Assembly: GCA_000092065.1 (NCBI GenBank)
Contig: CP000583.1
DNA from: Ostreococcus lucimarinus
Lineage: Eukaryota
Strand: one strand, 5' to 3'
Length of the DNA stretch: 64,000 bases
In this document: in pieces, positions 1 through 10,600 of the stretch
Position numbering within the stretch: position 1 is the first letter of the stretch
How the letters are laid out: every line of letters starts with the position of its first letter
Notes under the pieces: generated by a model
What the model was told of the DNA's origin: nothing
The model's input: the letters and a program-made list of their open reading frames with translations, nothing else
Databases searched by the model: none
Position numbers and translations under genes: made by a program

Positions 1-1
1 G

Positions 2-271
2 GACGAGATAAGCCGAGGGCTGAGGCACGTGGGGGCGGGGATTTTGGTGATGGCGAATAGCGGGCCGAACACGAATAAGAGTCAGTTTTTTATCACGCTC
101 GCGGCGACGCCGTGGTTGGACGGGAAGCACGCGATATTCGGTAGGGTTGAAAGCGGGATGCACGCCGTGCGCGCGATCGGGGCGGTGAAAGTTGATAAGA
201 ATGATCGACCGACGAAGGAGGTGAAGATTGTCGGCGTCACGTGCGACGATCGAGGATTCAAGTGGTACTGA
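2..271 (+). CDS. Cyclophilin-type peptidyl-prolyl cis-trans isomerase, 3' fragment (5' end lies outside the window)
   Basis: Frame 2 reads ...[38 protein letters not shown]..., the conserved C-terminal half of cyclophilin A-type PPIases (SGPNTN.SQFFI / WLDGKH.VFG signature). The ORF is open from base 2, so the gene starts upstream of the window. Confidence 0.85.
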   Translation, partial: DEISRGLRHVGAGILVMANSGPNTNKSQFFITLAATPWLDGKHAIFGRVESGMHAVRAIGAVKVDKNDRPTKEVKIVGVTCDDRGFKWY

Positions 272-332
272 TTCAGATTAGCTCTAGATGCGTGAAATGT
301 GATGACGAAGAAGTCATTTGCTTTGTTTTTTG

Positions 333-1262
333 TTACGTCAAATCGTCTCCGGCGTCTTCGTCCGTGGTGTCGCCCGTGGGGAGGTCGGCGCCCATCTTCG
401 TAGCGACGGCGCCGAGCTCGTGTTTCGGATTGGGGAGCTTGCGCGCCAGACGCGAGAACACGATGTCCAAGAAGCGCGCGCACGAGCTATCCTCGATGGC
501 GTACTTGATTTTATCCGCATCCGCCGCGCGATACGCGGTGAGCAACCTATACGCGGTTTCTCGCTCTTCGCTCTTGTCGAACCCGGGCAACTCGTGCACG
601 TCGTTAAACGTCGCCTGCGCGCCGACGCCGTCGCCGTCGTACAATAACGCTATGATGGCGCTCAAATATGCCTTGGCTAAAGAATTCATCTGACCAGCGC
701 GCGCGCACGATGCCCCGTACTTGACGCACGCCTCGGCTGCGTCTTGATACCGCTCTGCTCGCACCAACGTCGCCCCCAACTGCTTGTGATGGTCGCTGGC
801 GTACACGTCTTTCCCATCTTCCTGCAAATTCTCGACGCAAAGCATCAACAGCGCGGCGGACGTCTTCGTATCGCTCGTTTCCAACAATCTCGCGGCCCGG
901 CTCAGCGACTCCGCGCCGACTTGCGTGCGATTCGCCATGACGTACGCGTCGTTCGCTCGTTCCGCCATCTGCAACACCGCGCCGCCGTCCAAAGGTTCAC
1001 ACTTCGTCAACAACTCCGTCGCCCTCTCCAGCGCTTTACCCGCGTGCCAGTAATTATCGAGTCGCACGTTCGCGTCTGCGCTCTTCTCCTCGGCCTCGCA
1101 CGCCATTTTGAAGTTATTCGACGCTCGGTACGCGCGCGCGGCGTCTTCATAGAGTTCGATCGCTTCGTCGTAATTTGGTTTCCAGCGCATCAACGACGGT
1201 TTCATGCGCGCATCTGCGCGCTTCATGAGATTCTTGGCGTATATCTCGTTCGTGTTGGACAT
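333..1262 (-). CDS. NAPG: gamma-soluble NSF attachment protein (gamma-SNAP)-like TPR protein
   Basis: 309-aa ORF. The ATG at 1262 is genuine (verified as cat on the + strand). The N-terminus, with MRWKPNYDEA followed by TPR-like helices, matches the gamma-SNAP LKWKPDYD N-terminal signature. Confidence 0.7.
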   Translation of the reverse strand: MSNTNEIYAKNLMKRADARMKPSLMRWKPNYDEAIELYEDAARAYRASNNFKMACEAEEKSADANVRLDNYWHAGKALERATELLTKCEPLDGGAVLQMAERANDAYVMANRTQVGAESLSRAARLLETSDTKTSAALLMLCVENLQEDGKDVYASDHHKQLGATLVRAERYQDAAEACVKYGASCARAGQMNSLAKAYLSAIIALLYDGDGVGAQATFNDVHELPGFDKSEERETAYRLLTAYRAADADKIKYAIEDSSCARFLDIVFSRLARKLPNPKHELGAVATKMGADLPTGDTTDEDAGDDLT

Positions 1263-1381
1263 CGTTAGAGGCGGCAGTGGCGCGCGCGCGCGCGAGTACC
1301 GTCGATCGAGTGCGCGGTGGGCGTTGGAAAAACAGTTGGCGAGTTGTTTGGATCTCTAATGATTAAAAGGCTATGGCGCGC

Positions 1382-2797
1382 TCACTCGTTCTTGAAAGAG
1401 CTGTCGTAGGACGCGGCGGGTTCCAATTTCTTCGCCTCCACGAGCTTGCGGACGGCTTTCATGAAATCGTCCTGAACGCAGTAATCGCGGTCGTCGCGAA
1501 TGGCGAACATTCCCGCCTCCGTGCACACGTTGCGCATGTCGGCGGCGTTGAATTCTTCGGCAATCTTGGAGATAGACTCGTAATCGATTTCACCCTCTTT
1601 GTTCAACTTTTGCGCGTGAATTTTCAAAACCTCCACGCGACCTTGCTCGTTCGGAAGCGGGATTTCAATCTTTCTGTCGAGACGACCAGGGCGCATCAAC
1701 GCCGGGTCCAACACATCGGGTCTGTTCGTCGCCATGATCATCTTGACCTTGCCAAGAACGTCGAAACCATCGAGCTGATTCAAAAGTTCCATGAGTGTAC
1801 GTTGAATCTCGCGATCGGCCGACGTGCCTTCGGAAAAGCGCTTGCCACCGATGGCGTCGATTTCGTCCATGAAGATGATGCACGGCTCGTGGTCCCGAGC
1901 GTAACCGAACATCTCTCTGATCAATCTCGCGGACTCGCCGATATACTTATCCACTATAGCGCTAGAAACAATCTTCAAAAAGTTTGCGTCGATGTTACTC
2001 GCGATCGCCTTGGCGAGGAGCGTCTTCCCCGTCCCTGGCGGTCCGTAGAGCAATACGCCCTTCGGCGGCGCGATGCCCACGCGCACAAAAAGTTCGGGAT
2101 TCATCAACGGCAACTCGATCGACTCTCTAAGCGCTCGAATCTGCTCCCCGAGCCCACCGATAGAGCTATAGTCCACGTGCCCCGTGGACTCGCTGAGCAT
2201 GTTAAACACTAACGGATCCACCTCTCGCGGCAGCGCGCGCATGATGGTTAACGTCGTCATGTCGAGCGTCACCCGCGTCCCGTTCACTAGCTTGCTCTTA
2301 TCGAGCTTCGTTCTGCACCCAACGACGTATCTCGGCCCCGAGCTCGCCTTCACGATGAATCTGTCTTCGTCCAACTGTCTCAAAACCTCCCCGATAATCT
2401 GCCCCATCGACTGCAACGCCTTCAAATCGTCCTCCGTCTTGTCAAACCTCTTTCGAATGTCAATCAACTCGAACCTCGACGCTCGCACTCTCGCATCCAA
2501 TTCCTACGTCATCGCGCGTCATCACGACAATAAACCGTCAGTCACTCGCTCGAATACGACGCCTCGCACCACCGTTCGCGTCCACGAACCATCCTTCGGT
2601 CTCTCCGTCGCGCGCGATCTCACCTTGTGCTGCAGCAACAACCCGGCGTACTTCCTCAACGCCTCCTTCCGCGGATCCGGCGGCGGCGCCCGCGGCGTCG
2701 TCATCGCTTCCCCAGAATCACCTCCCTGCGGCGTTTGCGGCGTTTCTCCCGTCGCTTGCGTCTCCATCGCGTCGTTCGCGCCGTCGTCCGTCGTCAT
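1382..2797 (-). CDS. RPT4: 26S proteasome regulatory AAA-ATPase subunit Rpt4 (PSMC6), two exons: 2797..2624 and 2503..1382
   Basis: The ORF 1382..2500 carries Walker A GPPGTGKT and Walker B (DEIDAIG) motifs and aligns to PSMC6, but the track start at 2500 is a TTG. Upstream ORF 2522..2797 (true ATG at 2797) ends ...[18 protein letters not shown] and is followed by GTGAGA. After removing 2504..2623, exon 2 starts [32 protein letters not shown]. The joined sequence aligns residue-for-residue with human PSMC6 [50 protein letters not shown]. Confidence 0.9.
2504..2623 (-). other. intron (120 nt) of Rpt4: donor AAG|GTGAGA, acceptor ACGTAG|GAA
   Basis: Homology-supported splice (see the Rpt4 feature). 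Contains GACTGACG 35 nt upstream of the acceptor and a GATGGTTCG motif. Confidence 0.85.
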
Positions 2798-2996
2798 CGC
2801 GGTCGCGATCTCGGTCCCAGTCTTCGCGCGTCTCTCGTCGCGATCGCGCGCGCGTCGGCGTCCGCGAGCGCGTCGAACGACGACGCGCGATCACCTCCGC
2901 GCGCTGTTCGCTCGCGCGTCGTCGCGGCGCGCACGTCGGCGTCGCGAAGTGCGAACGCGTCGTCCACCGAGTCAAACGACTTCACAGTCGCGCGCG

Positions 2997-4073
2997 ATGC
3001 CGCGCGTGTTCGTCCCGGGACGCGTGTGTCTGCTCGGCGAGCACTCGGATTGGGCCGGCGCGCGCGCGGCGCGCGATGGCCCGGGAGCGTGCGTCGTCGT
3101 CGGCACGCGCGAGGGCGTCAGCGCGCGGTGCGACGTCGGTGAAGGGCCGCGGTTTCGCGTGGTTGGCGCGGACGGCGACGCGTTCGAGTGCGATGTGAGC
3201 GTCGATGACGCGCTCGAGCGAGAGGCTTCGAGCGGAGGGTACTGGTCGTACGTCGCCGGGACCGCGCTGGAGGTTTTGAGGCGATTTCCGCGGTGTCGCG
3301 AGCGCGGGCTCGTCGTGGAGACGCTCGAGACGACGCTGCCGACGAGGAAAGGCTTGAGCTCGTCGGCGTGCGTCTGCGTCCTCGTGGCGCGGTGTTTCGG
3401 CGTGGCGTACGAGTTGGATCTCGAGCTGAAGGATGAGATGGAGTTGGCGTATCGAGGGGAGGCGGTGCACACGCCGAGCAAGTGTGGAGCGATGGATCAG
3501 GCGTGCGCGTACGGGAGCGAGCGCGTCGTGGCGCTCACATTCGACGGCGAAGACGTGGACGTCAGAGCGTGCGAGGTTGACGGTGAAATACACATCGTCG
3601 TGTGTGATTTGGCGGCATCGAAGAGTACGGTGCGGATTTTAGCCGATTTGCAAGGAGCTTTCGACCGAGGGGACGAGGCGCTGCGCTCGGCGCTCGGTGC
3701 CCGTAATCGAGCGCTCGTGGCCGAAGGATTAGACGCGATCAAACGCGGCGATGCGCGGGCTTTAGGCGCGGTGTATACGCGCGCACAGACCACATTTGAC
3801 GAAGCTGCGATCCACATCTGCCCATCCGAGCTCACGGCGCCTCGTTTGCGCGAGACGCTCGCCGCCGTCGCCCACGACGTTCCGGAAACTGTCTTTGGCG
3901 CGAAAGGCGTCGGAAGCCAAGGCGACGGTGCCGCGCAATTCGTGGCGGTATCTGAAGCAGCGGCTAAAACACTCCGACAGTACTTGCACGACTTTTCGGG
4001 CGGTCGGTTTAAAGTATTCGACGTCGTTCTGCGAGACGAAGAGCGCCACGCACGAACTAGCACACACAAATAG
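2997..4073 (+). CDS. GHMP-family sugar kinase (galactokinase/glucuronokinase-like)
   Basis: True ATG at 2997 (MPRVFVPGRVCLLGEHSDWAG). This resembles the galactokinase N-terminal signature GRVNLIGEH.DY. The GHMP motif PTRKGLSSSACVCV is present, and a C-terminal glycine-rich segment (GAKGVGSQGDGAA) is typical of GHMP kinases. The upstream part of the 629-aa track ORF is Arg/Ala-rich low complexity and is not considered coding. Confidence 0.7.
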   Translation: MPRVFVPGRVCLLGEHSDWAGARAARDGPGACVVVGTREGVSARCDVGEGPRFRVVGADGDAFECDVSVDDALEREASSGGYWSYVAGTALEVLRRFPRCRERGLVVETLETTLPTRKGLSSSACVCVLVARCFGVAYELDLELKDEMELAYRGEAVHTPSKCGAMDQACAYGSERVVALTFDGEDVDVRACEVDGEIHIVVCDLAASKSTVRILADLQGAFDRGDEALRSALGARNRALVAEGLDAIKRGDARALGAVYTRAQTTFDEAAIHICPSELTAPRLRETLAAVAHDVPETVFGAKGVGSQGDGAAQFVAVSEAAAKTLRQYLHDFSGGRFKVFDVVLRDEERHARTSTHK

Positions 4074-4134
4074 CGCTGTAGAAAATTCTTAGACGAATAG
4101 GCCGCATTCATCGACGCCGCGACCGGCGAACGCG

Positions 4135-4941
4135 ATGTCCGTCGACGACACCACGCTCGCGCGTTCTTTCTCCCTGCGCGGTGCCACCGCCGTCGTCACC
4201 GGTGGCACGCAAGGCCTCGGAAAAGCCATCGTCGAAGCGCTTTGCCATCACGGCTGCCGCGTATTCACCTGCGCACGCACGGCGGGAGACGTCGAGACGT
4301 GCGTCGAGGACTGGCGGCGCCGTGGATACGACGTCGATGGGTGTGTTTGCGACGTCAGTGACGCGAACGCGCGAGAAGAACTCGCGCGGAGGGTGTCGGA
4401 AAAGTTTTCGGGCGAGTTGAACATACTGGTGAGCAACGTGGGCTTTAACATTCGAAAGCCGACGGTGGAATTCACGAGCGAAGATTACCAAAGGCTGATG
4501 CGGACGAACTTAGAGGCATCATTCGAGCTTTGCAAGAGGTTTCACGCGATGTTGAAGGCGAGCGGTGATGGGAGGATCGTATTTAATTCATCCGTCGCCG
4601 GCCTCGTGTCTATCCAGAGCGGCGCTCTGTATGCAATCTCGAAGGGTGCCATGAATCAACTGACGAAGAGTCTGGCGTGCGAGTGGGCGAAAGATAACAT
4701 TCGTGTGAACGCCGTCGCGCCTTGGTACACCAACACGCCGCTCGCGAAGCAGGTGCTGAAAAACCAAGTCTACCTCAAAGCCGTCGTGGACCGAACGCCG
4801 ATGGGTCGCGTCGGCGAGCCTCACGAAGTCGGCGCCGTCGTTGCGTTTCTATGCATGCCCGCGTCCTCGTACGTCAACGGTGTCATCGTGCCAATAGATG
4901 GCGGTTTCACCGTCCACGGGTTCATCCCGCCCAAATTGTGA
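4135..4941 (+). CDS. Short-chain dehydrogenase/reductase (tropinone-reductase-like SDR)
   Basis: 268 aa, ATG at 4135 verified. [10 protein letters not shown] is the Rossmann NAD(P)-binding motif and [19 protein letters not shown] the catalytic Yxxx[15 protein letters not shown] is typical of the tropinone-reductase-like SDR subgroup. Confidence 0.85.
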   Translation: MSVDDTTLARSFSLRGATAVVTGGTQGLGKAIVEALCHHGCRVFTCARTAGDVETCVEDWRRRGYDVDGCVCDVSDANAREELARRVSEKFSGELNILVSNVGFNIRKPTVEFTSEDYQRLMRTNLEASFELCKRFHAMLKASGDGRIVFNSSVAGLVSIQSGALYAISKGAMNQLTKSLACEWAKDNIRVNAVAPWYTNTPLAKQVLKNQVYLKAVVDRTPMGRVGEPHEVGAVVAFLCMPASSYVNGVIVPIDGGFTVHGFIPPKL

Positions 4942-5046
4942 TGTAGTTCCTAGAGCCAAGCACACGCGCGTCGCGGAGCTTCATGTCAAGCGGCGGACGT
5001 CACGCGACGTCATCGAAACGAAACGTCATATCGGGCTCGACGCGGC

Positions 5047-5904
5047 ATGTCAGCCTTCGCGCCCGCGCCGTTCGCGCCCGGTGCGCGTGAAACGCGTCAC
5101 GCGCGCGCGCCTCGCGCGCCTCGCGCGCCCCGCTCGCGCGTCGTCACCGCGCGCGCGGGAAAAGATGGCGCGAGTTTCGTCGATTGGTTGAAGAAGGAGA
5201 TCGATCTGACGTTTAATCCGCGCACGCCCGGAGCGAAGATCGCCGGGCGGTGCCCAGACACGCAGACGCAACCGAGCGAGGTGTCGAAGGATGCGATGAG
5301 CGAAGAAGAGGATGCGGAGACGCTCGGCGGGGATTTTGATTTGAGAGCGTTCACGGCGCAGCTCGAGAGGGCGATGTTGGAGGGTGGTGACGACGACGAG
5401 GGCGCGATGACTTTGACAGCCACGAAAAGCGTTTCGGTGGTGCAAACGGAAGTGGTGGATGATGTATCGATGCTCGAGGAGGAGGATGACGAGGATGGTG
5501 GTTTCGAATACGAGTTGGACGGCGCGAGCGAAGGCCCGCTCACTGGGCGCGAGTTAGCGCTGTTGTGCATTAAAAAGTACGGCAAGGCACACGACATGGC
5601 TATCAAGCACGTCAAAATGGGGTCCGGTATGAAGCGGTGGGTTAGCCTCAATCTTTACGTCGGGCATCTCGGGCAAAGATCTTACCCGCAGACGGAGGCG
5701 GAATATTTGGAACAACTAGACGTCATCGCGTATTTGATCAACACTTGGTCGCAGGCAGACTACACGCGAGTATTTTTCCGAGAGAAACCGATCGCGCGAC
5801 GAGGTTTACCATCGCGTCCGCGCGTCGATACGTGCGTCACGTTGCAGTTCGCGCGCAGCCCGACATGGGACGACGAATTAGGAGACGAATTCTTCCCCTA
5901 CTAG
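5047..5904 (+). CDS. Hypothetical protein, possibly organelle-targeted, with an acidic middle region and a conserved C-terminal domain of unknown function
   Basis: 285-aa ORF with true ATG at 5047. The N-terminus MSAFAPAPFAPGARETRHARAPRAPRAPRSRVVTARAG looks like a transit peptide. A non-low-complexity C-terminal domain (LALLCIKKYGKAHDMAIKHVKMGSGMKRWVSLNLYVGHLG...) suggests real coding sequence; no family could be assigned by eye. Confidence 0.45.
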   Translation: MSAFAPAPFAPGARETRHARAPRAPRAPRSRVVTARAGKDGASFVDWLKKEIDLTFNPRTPGAKIAGRCPDTQTQPSEVSKDAMSEEEDAETLGGDFDLRAFTAQLERAMLEGGDDDEGAMTLTATKSVSVVQTEVVDDVSMLEEEDDEDGGFEYELDGASEGPLTGRELALLCIKKYGKAHDMAIKHVKMGSGMKRWVSLNLYVGHLGQRSYPQTEAEYLEQLDVIAYLINTWSQADYTRVFFREKPIARRGLPSRPRVDTCVTLQFARSPTWDDELGDEFFPY

Positions 5905-5938
5905 ATGTAACACTACTCGCTTTCTACGTTGCTATTCG

Positions 5939-6571
5939 CTACAAATCCGGCGCTGGAAGTCCCGGCACTCGCCCCCAAACCGTCTTTGGTGTCTGTCCAG
6001 ACACATCACACAACACCCTATTGACGTCAACACGCCACTCCACCGTCGTCGATTCCGCGAACCGCCGCATCGCCTCCACGCGCTCCTCGCTCGCTCCCGC
6101 CACCCACAAAAGCGACACGTGCGGGTCCGGATCATCGTAATACTTTGGAAACCCGAGTGGAACGATCGCCTTATCCACTCTCTCGATCGCTCGCACCAAC
6201 GCCACCTTCGACGCGCTCGTCGACCCCTCCCGAAACCCCGCGGCGACGAACGCCCGCGAGCCGTCGTCGTTCGTAAACACCCGCATCGCATCAAACACCA
6301 CCTCAAACGCCTCCATATCCCTCAACTCTCGTCTCAAATTCCCAAACAACCGTTCCCAATCTCCCTTCACGCACGCAAACGTCCTCGACAGCGACACGTG
6401 CGCGCCATCCTCTCTCTTCAAATCGCTCACTTTTTCCAATTCCCCGAACGCCTCCACGAACGCGTCGAGCGTCTTCTCCGTCGCGCGCGTCGCCGCGCCC
6501 GCGCGCGCCCTGACGTGCGTCGCGTAGTTTCCCTCGACGTGTTCGAACGTCCGCTTCCGCGCCGCGCGCAT
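5939..6571 (-). CDS. USB1: U6 snRNA phosphodiesterase USB1 (2H phosphoesterase with two H-x-S/T-x motifs)
   Basis: 210 aa, ATG at 6571 verified. The N-terminal GNYATHVRA matches the USB1 GNWATHVY block. Two HxS motifs (HVSLSRT and HVSLLWV) are spaced as in USB1/Mpn1. Confidence 0.7.
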   Translation of the reverse strand: MRAARKRTFEHVEGNYATHVRARAGAATRATEKTLDAFVEAFGELEKVSDLKREDGAHVSLSRTFACVKGDWERLFGNLRRELRDMEAFEVVFDAMRVFTNDDGSRAFVAAGFREGSTSASKVALVRAIERVDKAIVPLGFPKYYDDPDPHVSLLWVAGASEERVEAMRRFAESTTVEWRVDVNRVLCDVSGQTPKTVWGRVPGLPAPDL

Positions 6572-6589
6572 GCGCGCGACCGCGTCCCG

Positions 6590-6990
6590 CGCGCGTCCGA
6601 CGGTGCCGCGGCGCGCGTCCCGCGCGTCGCGTCCCGCCCGCGCGCGCGCCGATCGATCGTTCGATCGCGCGGTCGTTCGATCTCGATCGCTCGATCTCGA
6701 TCGGCGTCTCGGGACGCGCGTCTCGGCCGTCTCGGCCGTCTCGGACGCCGCACACGGCGACGACGCGCGCGGCGACGACGCTCGAGGTGCGCGCGCGACG
6801 ACGACGACGACGACGACGACGCGAGCGCGGGAAGAAAGACGCGCGCGACGCGCGCGATGGAGAAGACGCGACGACGCGACGCGAGACGCGCGCGACGGGC
6901 GAGACGCGAACGCGCGAGGGGAACGACCCCAACGGTCGAGGGTCGACGCGCGACGCGACGCGACGCGACGCGCGATCGGTGACTGACGGC
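6590..6990. repeat. GC-rich low-complexity/microsatellite spacer ((GACGCGCG)n-like, (GACGAC)n at ~6790-6815) in the USB1/DoxX divergent promoter
   Basis: Directly visible imperfect repeats of cgcgacg/gacgcgcg and a perfect (cgacga)x6 run. Confidence 0.8.
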
Positions 6991-7017
6991 GCGCGATCGC
7001 GACAGAAATCGCGCGCG

Positions 7018-7587
7018 ATGGGGAAGAACCTGATCGTGTCGATCCTGCGCGTCGTGCCGCTGGCGCTGTACCTGCGGTCGGCGGCGTGTAAGTTTGCGAT
7101 TCCGATCGCGGGGTGCGACGGGGCGCTGTGCCCGGTGGCGCTGGGGAAACCGGGTGATTGCGCGCCGACGGCGAACACGGCGGAGCAATACGCGTGGTGT
7201 GAACACGCGTGGACGCCGTGGGCGAACGGGCTGATCGCGCGCGTGCCCGGGGTTTCGAGCGTGGCGCCGAAGATTCGATGCTCCAAGGCGGATGGGTACG
7301 AATTCGCGAAAATCATCGGCGCGCTCGAGGTGCTGGGATACCTGGCGCTGTGGACGACGCCGGCGCGGGGGGCGTTTCTGCTCACAGCCATCATGGCGGG
7401 AGCGATTCACTTTCACATGACGTTCCTGAAGGATCCGATCGGGAAGCTGACGATTCAGTTTGCGCTGTTATTCGCGTCGGCGACCATCGCGATGCTGACG
7501 ACGGAGAAGAAGGCGAAGAAGAAAGCGACGACGAAGTCAAAGTCGACTCGACGCACGACTTCATCGAGAAAGACGAAGCGAGGATAA
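7018..7587 (+). CDS. Small multi-pass membrane protein, DoxX-like (tentative)
   Basis: ATG at 7018 lies in-frame within track ORF 6787..7587. There is an N-terminal signal-like helix, then hydrophobic helices (FAKIIGALEVLGYLALW, FLLTAIMAGAIHFHMTFL, IQFALLFASATIAMLT) and a basic C-terminal tail. The helix pattern resembles the DoxX family. Confidence 0.4.
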   Translation: MGKNLIVSILRVVPLALYLRSAACKFAIPIAGCDGALCPVALGKPGDCAPTANTAEQYAWCEHAWTPWANGLIARVPGVSSVAPKIRCSKADGYEFAKIIGALEVLGYLALWTTPARGAFLLTAIMAGAIHFHMTFLKDPIGKLTIQFALLFASATIAMLTTEKKAKKKATTKSKSTRRTTSSRKTKRG

Positions 7588-7681
7588 ACTCGTGGATGAC
7601 GATGAACGTGACGCACGATCACGAACGATGGTTGCGACTTATTTAAAAAGTAATATCACGTACAGCATGTTACAAATCGCG

Positions 7682-10600
7682 TCAACACTCCGCGCGCAAC
7701 GCCTCGAGGATGAAATCGTTCACCGTCGGGCACATGGCGTCGGAGAGGATCTCACACACGTCTAAAAGCTCTTGCGCATCTTCCGCGTCCATCGCTTCGT
7801 CGAGCCATTCGAGAGTGTCTTTCGCACCGGATATCATGGAAGGGATATCGTGGAGTCGCTCGTTCAGGGTGACGGCTTCCGGCGAGCCCGTCGTCGTGGA
7901 CGCCGGCGCTTTGCCGATGGTCACCGCGTTTCCGAGGTCCGGTCGACGTTTAGGTTTGAACCACTCAAACATTTTGTTCACCAAACCGAAATAAATCAAC
8001 ATCGGTTTTAGCTTGGCGTAGCGATCGAGTTCGTTAAGCTGTTCCCACGGAACGCTCGCAGAGACGTCGACGCTCGCCGGGTACGTCGCGATTCTCGCGC
8101 ATTCGTACTTCTTCGTGTGCCTCAAAATCGCTATCAGCGCGTTGCGTCGAGACGCTTCCCATTGATCGTGCGACCAGACCGCGAGCGAAAGCACGAGTGC
8201 TGCCGGTAGGAGCGGTGAAAAGCTAAACTCGCGATCGTTCCATATCTCATCTTCGCACGAAAGGCGGGCTAGCACGGCGTTGTACTCTTCCAATCCTTTC
8301 TGCGGGCACAATGAGACTTGATGGACGAGCAATCGCACGAGGTGCGGAAGGAGACTCATGTTGCTATCTTTTCCACCGCCACGACAGTCAGCGCTGAACG
8401 ACGCCCCCATGGCGAATCGACCGAGAAGTAGGCTGACGTCCCAAGCGACTTGTCGCGCGCGCGTCGGCGGCGAAATGAACGCGCCGACAGAGAAGCAATT
8501 TTGCCACCACGCATCTACCGCGGCGGCGTATGAAGCATCTGTGACCATATTCCCCATCACCGGTAGCAAGTTGTTGCATAGTGTCTCACTGTTGCGTAAC
8601 GCAGCGCCTTCCCACTCGCGCTTGGGAGTTCTCAACGCGACGTCCGCGCGCTTGGCGGATTGGTGACACGAAAAGTGAATCGCGTTGAAGTGCGATACAG
8701 TGCATACAGTCTGAGACATATCTCCGTTCGCAGATGGAGTTGATGCAAGTTTATTGAAGCAATAGATCCCGAGAAGCTCGTTCGGTTTCAACACGTATCC
8801 TTCAAAGCAAACTCTACAAACAATTGAGTCTTGTTCGCTTTCCATAGCCATCGAGTCGTACCCTCGCAGAGATCTGGGAGAGTGAGAGACGCCGATGGTA
8901 GACGCTCCCGGACTCGAGGAGTTTTTGACTACTGTCATGCCCATTTCAGTGAGCATTTGTTGGCGCTTTGCGAGTGCCTTGCGACGATTCGCTTCTTTCG
9001 TCTCTGCTCGCAAATTATCCAAATGTTTCTGTACCAACTCGGATCCGCTCGCAAACGTCTCCAGACAGTTCTCTGCCAAAGTTCCAATATCACGCTCGGT
9101 GACTGATTCAAGTTTATGTAGTAAGTCAAGCAGTGTCGGATGTTTGGTGACGTCGAGAGTGTAGCCCAGTGTGATTCCGTTCAAAAGCTCGAGCGCAAGC
9201 GGTAAGCCACTCCGCTTCATCGCCTTATTCCACGCGTCAGAACCACGATCTTGAGACATTTCTGCCCCGAAAGCTTCAGCTTCGATGTAATTCGTGATAA
9301 ACGACACAGTTCCTTGTGACCATATCGCTTCAAGCACGCGTTGACCTGAAAAATCTCGCGGGATCGCTTCAGCCAATCTCGTTGCACATTCGAGCTCGAG
9401 CTGTAGCGCACCGTGCTGAGAGTCTTCCTCGCTCATCTCGTCAAGACGTACAAGTTTACGAATGGAAGCGTCAAAGTTCTTCGCCATGATTGCTTTTGAT
9501 TCAACGGTTGATCCCGCGAGCCTTGGAATCACACGCGCGAGGATATCGGCCTCATGCCTCTCTCGTGCTCGAATGAGCTGCTTGAGTTGAGACAGGAAAA
9601 TTTCAACGTGATTCATCTCGTGCTCGCGCACCGCTATCGCAATCGTCTGCAGCGAAGAACTACTTTTTTGAAGGCGCGGTGAACCAGGACGATGCGCTGT
9701 TTCGCTGCTCTCTTCTAATTCGCGAGCGAGCATACTGCTCGTCGATGCTGACGCTTTCAATTCACTCATTGATCCGTGGGAAGTGTCTTCTTGTTCCTCG
9801 CGCAACAGCGTCTCAATGACGAGAAGGAGTCCCTTGCCTGAACGCGAGTTCTCAGTGAAAGCTCGCGCGGCTTCGTCAAGTAAACTTGCGAGCGCTCCAA
9901 TCGCGAGCATATGTTGTCTATTCTTCTTCACGTAGCATGCTGATCGAAGGATTTCAAGAAGTTTTGCCGAAGCGTCTTCACCGCCGGCGTACAATGCAGA
10001 TGAATTGTGCCGAATCTTTGGTAACAGTTGAATCAAAGTTTTAAAGCCAACATCTTCTTGGAAAACATTTGTGCCAGCAAACTTTGTTTCGATGTCTTCG
10101 TCTTCCTCTTGTACCGGCGCGAGTTCATCAACGCGCTCTTCCGTCGCTTCGCCATCCAAACCGCTCAGGCGGAAAGTCACCGCCATTGGTGGACCGATTG
10201 GATCGTTTGGAGAAACATTTTGACGTCGCTGAGTGCCATTGAATAATGAAGGTATCCAAATTCGTTCGAAAACATCTTCCACGGAGAGATCAAGGCTGAT
10301 TATTTGATTCGAAACCAATAACTCCATCCCAAAATCATCTTCGAGCAGGCCTAACATTTCCAACTCATGACAGATGAGATTCTTGACATCTCTCATCAAC
10401 GGCTGCGCGCTCATTTGTGCAGTCGAGTATGGATTTCGCGCCATCGTGCCGGGAATGAACTCTTCTTGACTCGCACTTTTCAGTAGTCGTAAAAGATACA
10501 CCTTCGATGGCGGAGCTCGAGGTAATACCAACATCGCAAGTTCATTCAATATGATGCACAGTGGCAGACGCGTCTTGTCAACTTGGGGTCGAACATGCGC